A DNA stretch of 64,000 nt, from the NCBI GenBank assembly GCA_964645715.1, contig CAZYAO010000014.1:6894-70893 (forward strand). The letters are read 5' to 3'. Both the position numbers and the translations under genes were made by a program. This DNA is from an uncultured Saprospiraceae bacterium. GTDB taxonomy: Bacteria > Bacteroidota > Bacteroidia > Chitinophagales > Saprospiraceae. Position 1 is the first letter of the stretch, and every line of letters begins with the position of its first letter. The notes under the pieces are model-generated. The model was not told the DNA's origin. It made no database searches and worked only from the letters and a program-made list of their open reading frames with translations. Of this stretch, positions 60,114 to 64,000 are shown piece after piece.

Positions 60114-63100
60114 ATGAATCAATTACTCACTACCTTCTGTTTATTCCTAGTCACAGCTTCATCCCTCTGGAGTCAGATCCCCTGCAATGGTGAGTTTGTG
60201 GTTTCTGGCAGTGCCTCCAATCAGGGCAACTGCATTCAGCTGACCCCTAATGCGACGGGGCAGAGCGGGTGTACATGGCTGAACACACCCGTCGATTTTT
60301 CGATGCCCCTGAACCATACGATGACTTTATATTTTGGCACCAATGATGCCGGCGGCGCCGACGGTATTTGTCTGGTTTACAAACAAAGCAGCTCTCCGGC
60401 CTGTGGGCAGCAGGGAGGGGGTATTGGTGCTGCCGGTATTGCCAACTCATTCATTGTCGAATTTGATACCTGGAACAATGGTGCGGCAGTTGGGGATATA
60501 CCCGCGGATCACTGCGCCATCAACCTGAACGGGAATATGAATGCTCCCTTTCAGGGTCCTGTGGCCTTGCCCAACATCGAAGACGGGCAAAACCACACCG
60601 TTACTATGGTTTGGGATCCTGGTCCTATGATTTATGAAGTTTATTTTGACGGTGTACTGCGGCTAAGTGGTGTGTACGATATTGTCAACAATGTATTTGG
60701 CGGCAATCCGCTTGCTTATTGGGGGTATACAGCTTCTACAGGGGCTGCTACCAATGTGCAACGGGTATGCCCGGTCTTACCGGAGCCCATTACCGTCGAT
60801 GCAGGGCCAACCATACAGCTACCCTGTGTGGGGGCCTCCACCGTACTCGACGGTACAGGTTCAGACCAGGCGTCCACCTATACATACGAGTGGACGAGCC
60901 TCAACGGGCAGATTTTAAGTGGAGAGAACACCCTCACGCCCACGGTCAGCGGCCCGGGCACCTACATACTTACCTTATACGATGAAGCTACTGGCTGTAC
61001 GGAAGAGGATCAGGTTACGATCACAGCAGGAGAAATCAATGCTACCATTGCTCCACCCGGTTTTTTGGGCTGTAGTGGCCCACTGACCCTTGACGGGAGT
61101 GCCTCCTCCTCAGGACCCAATATCACGTATGCGTGGTCGACGCCTGACGGCAATATTGTAAGTGAAAACGGTCCGGTCGCAAGCGTCAATCAGGAAGGCA
61201 CCTATATCCTGACGGTTATCTACAATGATGGTCAGAGCGAGTGTGTGGAGACGTTTACCACCAATGTAGTGGCCAATCCCGATGTACCCATTGCTTTTGT
61301 TCCGGAAGAGACTATTCTGTGTGATCCTCCTACCGTAACACTTGACGGATCTGGTTCCTCCTCCGGAGCTGACTACAGCTATGAGTGGTCCACTCCGGAC
61401 GGGCTCATTCTGTCAGGAGCCAACTCCCTCTACCCGGTGGTTGGCGAAGCAGGTTCCTACACCCTGACTGTCATTAATGACGAAACTGGTTGCTCGACTG
61501 AGTATGAAGTGACCGTTTTTGACAATACCCAAGAGCCGACGGCCATCGTAGCTGATCCGGGTATGCTCACCTGCCTGACCACTACCCTCACCCTCAACGG
61601 AAGCCAGTCACTGCCTGCCGGCTCGCAGGGGCTGAGTTTTGACTGGCAGACCTCGCAGGGTGTAATCGTAAACGGTCAGGGCAGCCCACAACTGACTATT
61701 GGCGCGGTAGGACAATATACACTAATCGTGACTGATGTAGAAAATGGCTGTGAAGATACATTTACCCTCACGGTGGAAGGCGATGACAATCTGCCCACAG
61801 TTAGCATTGCGCCGGCAGATATCATCAACTGTCTTCAGCCCGAGATAACGCTGGACGCAACCGCTTCTGATCAGGATCCTGGTCTGGTATATACCTGGAC
61901 AACAGACAACGGGATCATTCTCAACGGCGCTCAAACGCTCACACCGCTGGTAAATGCAGCCGGTGTTTACCAGCTGACAATTATCAACCCGGCCAATGGC
62001 TGTCTGGGCAGTGGCAGTGTGAGCGTTGCTGTGGACACCCTCCTGCCAATTGCTGAGGCCGGCGAATCACAAGTTTTTGTGTGCGGTGCAGAAAGCATCA
62101 GCCTTGATGGCAGTAATTCTTCCACAGGCGGAAACTACAGCTACCAATGGAGCAGCAATGACGGACTCATTTTGTCGGGTGCCAACACCCTTACCCCCTC
62201 GGTAGGACTGGCAGGCACCTACCAGCTGCAGGTAACCGATATCGACAATGGTTGTTCGGCAACAGACTTCGTCGTCATTGGCAATGATACCGATGTTGCG
62301 ACTGTGCTTATCGCCGCAGCGGATACCCTTACCTGCGCCCGAACAGCCATTGTCCTGAACGCCACCGGTTCAAGTACTGGTGACATATATGACTACCTAT
62401 GGACTACGCCCGACGGTAATATAGTATCGGGGAACAGCGGTCTTACGCCCACAGTCAACCAACCAGGTACATACACCCTCAACATCACCAATCTGTCAAA
62501 TAATTGTACAGCCTCAGCTTCTGCTGTTGTTCAGCAGGACATAACTACCCCTGAAATAGTTATTTTACCTCCTGACACACTCAATTGTCTGCGGACAGAC
62601 CTGCTGCTTGATGCCAGCGCATCGAGCATAGGCGATGATTTACTGTACAGCTGGACCACTCCGGACGGCAACATCCTTGCAGGTGAGCTAGGCCTAGTAC
62701 CTACTGTCAATGAGGCTGGTATATATCAATTGCAGATTACCAACACACGCAATGAATGCAGTAGCACCGGCAGCGTCGTAGTATCAATTGACACAGTAGC
62801 TCCGCTTGTGCGCATTCTTCCGCCTCCGGTACTCAATTGTGTGCGTACCTCTCTCGTACTGGATGCCACTACTTCCAGTCAGGGAAGCGGATATACCTAC
62901 GTCTGGACGCCCGCACTGCCAGGAGAAGTCCTTCTCCCACAGGTAGACAATCCGGGCACTTACCAACTGCGCATCGCCGATATCAGCAACGGCTGTAGCA
63001 GCACAGCGAGTGTAGTAGTCGGGCAAGATACCGTGCCGCCTGTTGCCAATGCGGGTCCCGATCAATTACTCAACTGTTTTACACCCATACGCCCGCTGCA

Positions 63101-64000
63101 GGGACAGTCTTCCTCTGCGGGTGCTGGTATTCGCTACCAGTGGTCGAGTACCAACGGACAATTGTCGCCGGATGAGCAGACCATAGCGACACCCAGTGTG
63201 GCAACAGCAGGGTTATATGTGCTGGAGGTTCTCAACGAGCAGAACGGATGTCGTAGCAGAGATTCTGTGGTAGTAACTGAAAATTTCAGCACCCCGCAGG
63301 CCGTTATCGCCACCCCGCCTATTTTGGGCTGCCTTGATGATTCAATCGTATTGGACGGTAGTGCCTCTACAGCGGCTCCTGGTATCCAGTACAGCTGGTC
63401 TACCAACAATGGCAATATCATTGGAGGCAGTTTCACACCGGAAGCCATCGTCAGTCAGGCAGGTACCTATGTATTAGTAGTAAGTAATCAGACCAGCGGC
63501 TGTACCGCTACCGATACCGTACAAGTGGAGGGGGATGCTTCTTTCCCGGTCATCACCATTGAAGCACCGCTAATACTCAACTGCACACGCCAGTCTCAGC
63601 CGCTTGAAGCTGCCATCAGCCTGTTGTCGGGTACACTGAACTATACATGGACTACACAAGGAGGGAACTTCGTATCGGGACAATCAACGCTCAGTCCGGT
63701 CATCAACGCTCCGGGTATTTATCGCCTTTCGGCCATCAATCAAGATAACGGCTGCGATGCAAGTGTAGCGGTGACCGTCCTGCAGGACATAGTAGTTCCA
63801 ACTGTTACCGTTGGTGCCCCTGACACGCTTGACTGCAATACCCTGAGCTTTAATCTGAGTTCTGCAGGTTCCAGTAGCGGGACAGATTTTCAATACGTTT
63901 GGGGTACAATCAATGGCAATATTCTTTCGGGGTCGCAGTCACCCAGTCCGCTCATCAACCGTGCAGGCCAGTACAGCCTGACCATCACTGACATTGACAA
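60114..64000 (+). CDS. Giant secreted protein: N-terminal L-type (legume-like) lectin domain plus at least 13 tandem 84-aa Cys-bracketed repeats; 3' end beyond the window
   Basis: Manual translation from ATG 60114 gives MNQLLTTFCLFLVTASSLWSQ (signal peptide). Next comes GGGIGAAGIANSFIVEFDTWNN, resembling the legume-lectin VEFDT motif. The repeats follow. The frame appears open to 64000. It is missing from the ORF track because no stop falls in the window. Confidence 0.85.
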   Translation, partial: MNQLLTTFCLFLVTASSLWSQIPCNGEFVVSGSASNQGNCIQLTPNATGQSGCTWLNTPVDFSMPLNHTMTLYFGTNDAGGADGICLVYKQSSSPACGQQGGGIGAAGIANSFIVEFDTWNNGAAVGDIPADHCAINLNGNMNAPFQGPVALPNIEDGQNHTVTMVWDPGPMIYEVYFDGVLRLSGVYDIVNNVFGGNPLAYWGYTASTGAATNVQRVCPVLPEPITVDAGPTIQLPCVGASTVLDGTGSDQASTYTYEWTSLNGQILSGENTLTPTVSGPGTYILTLYDEATGCTEEDQVTITAGEINATIAPPGFLGCSGPLTLDGSASSSGPNITYAWSTPDGNIVSENGPVASVNQEGTYILTVIYNDGQSECVETFTTNVVANPDVPIAFVPEETILCDPPTVTLDGSGSSSGADYSYEWSTPDGLILSGANSLYPVVGEAGSYTLTVINDETGCSTEYEVTVFDNTQEPTAIVADPGMLTCLTTTLTLNGSQSLPAGSQGLSFDWQTSQGVIVNGQGSPQLTIGAVGQYTLIVTDVENGCEDTFTLTVEGDDNLPTVSIAPADIINCLQPEITLDATASDQDPGLVYTWTTDNGIILNGAQTLTPLVNAAGVYQLTIINPANGCLGSGSVSVAVDTLLPIAEAGESQVFVCGAESISLDGSNSSTGGNYSYQWSSNDGLILSGANTLTPSVGLAGTYQLQVTDIDNGCSATDFVVIGNDTDVATVLIAAADTLTCARTAIVLNATGSSTGDIYDYLWTTPDGNIVSGNSGLTPTVNQPGTYTLNITNLSNNCTASASAVVQQDITTPEIVILPPDTLNCLRTDLLLDASASSIGDDLLYSWTTPDGNILAGELGLVPTVNEAGIYQLQITNTRNECSSTGSVVVSIDTVAPLVRILPPPVLNCVRTSLVLDATTSSQGSGYTYVWTPALPGEVLLPQVDNPGTYQLRIADISNGCSSTASVVVGQDTVPPVANAGPDQLLNCFTPIRPLQGQSSSAGAGIRYQWSSTNGQLSPDEQTIATPSVATAGLYVLEVLNEQNGCRSRDSVVVTENFSTPQAVIATPPILGCLDDSIVLDGSASTAAPGIQYSWSTNNGNIIGGSFTPEAIVSQAGTYVLVVSNQTSGCTATDTVQVEGDASFPVITIEAPLILNCTRQSQPLEAAISLLSGTLNYTWTTQGGNFVSGQSTLSPVINAPGIYRLSAINQDNGCDASVAVTVLQDIVVPTVTVGAPDTLDCNTLSFNLSSAGSSSGTDFQYVWGTINGNILSGSQSPSPLINRAGQYSLTITDID
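60786..64000 (+). repeat. Tandem coding repeats, mostly 252 nt (84 aa)
   Basis: The conserved Trp codon of the Y-x-W motif sits at 60891, 61134, 61386, 61644, 61896, 62148, 62400, 62652, 62904, 63141, 63396, 63648 and 63900. The most common spacing is 252 nt. Confidence 0.9.

Noticed and set aside
60786-64000. Regular 252-nt periodicity, which could be mistaken for a repeat array such as CRISPR or a satellite
   Set aside because: The units are diverged, in-frame and conserve amino-acid rather than nucleotide positions. They are protein domain repeats within a single open reading frame.

Overview
This looks like a Bacteroidota chromosomal segment. Gene content fits, there are no Shine-Dalgarno sequences, and TAnnTTTG -7 boxes recur upstream of genes. 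All protein calls come from reading the supplied translations and recalling family motifs; no database search was run.

**Gene content by position**
- **1-13 kb, minus strand:** an uninterrupted str/S10/spc ribosomal supercluster running rpsL-rpsG-fusA-rpsJ through rpsE-rpmD, with msrB upstream.
- **13.7-34 kb:**
  - prfC and a gamma-carbonic-anhydrase-like protein.
  - An orphan ECF sigma factor divergent from an ABC/HlyD/TolC export operon.
  - murI-skp-skp and rpoN.
  - A 960-aa M16 peptidase and gpmI.
  - An M24-like peptidase paired with an MgtC/DUF4010 membrane protein.
- **34-47 kb:**
  - A two-gene blh-proteorhodopsin cassette, then cysS and an alpha/beta hydrolase.
  - A 1075-aa UvrD/AddA-like helicase, a TraB/GumN protein and an EamA transporter.
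  - A bacterial GH3-family protein, an esterase and a DUF4332 protein.
- **47-64 kb:**
  - mfd.
  - A maltose/starch cluster: pgmB, GH65, a lipoprotein and two GH13 enzymes.
  - A small orphan ORF and an M20 amidohydrolase.
  - The first 1295 codons of a giant secreted protein, with an L-type lectin head and at least 13 tandem 84-aa repeats. It runs off the window.

I saw no rRNA, tRNA, CRISPR array, transposase, integrase or recognisable defence system.

**Best candidates for a second look**
1. The ABC exporter has non-canonical ATPase motifs, no C39 domain and no visible cargo gene. Phased palindromes lie over the divergent ECF promoter.
2. The lectin-headed repeat protein.
3. The compact blh-proteorhodopsin cassette and the repeats upstream of it.
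4. An RGG-like tail on ribosomal protein S3.
5. Structured spacers and promoter-like boxes inside the ribosomal operon.
6. The orphan AddA-like helicase with a degenerate nuclease motif.

I cannot show from sequence alone that any of these is undescribed.
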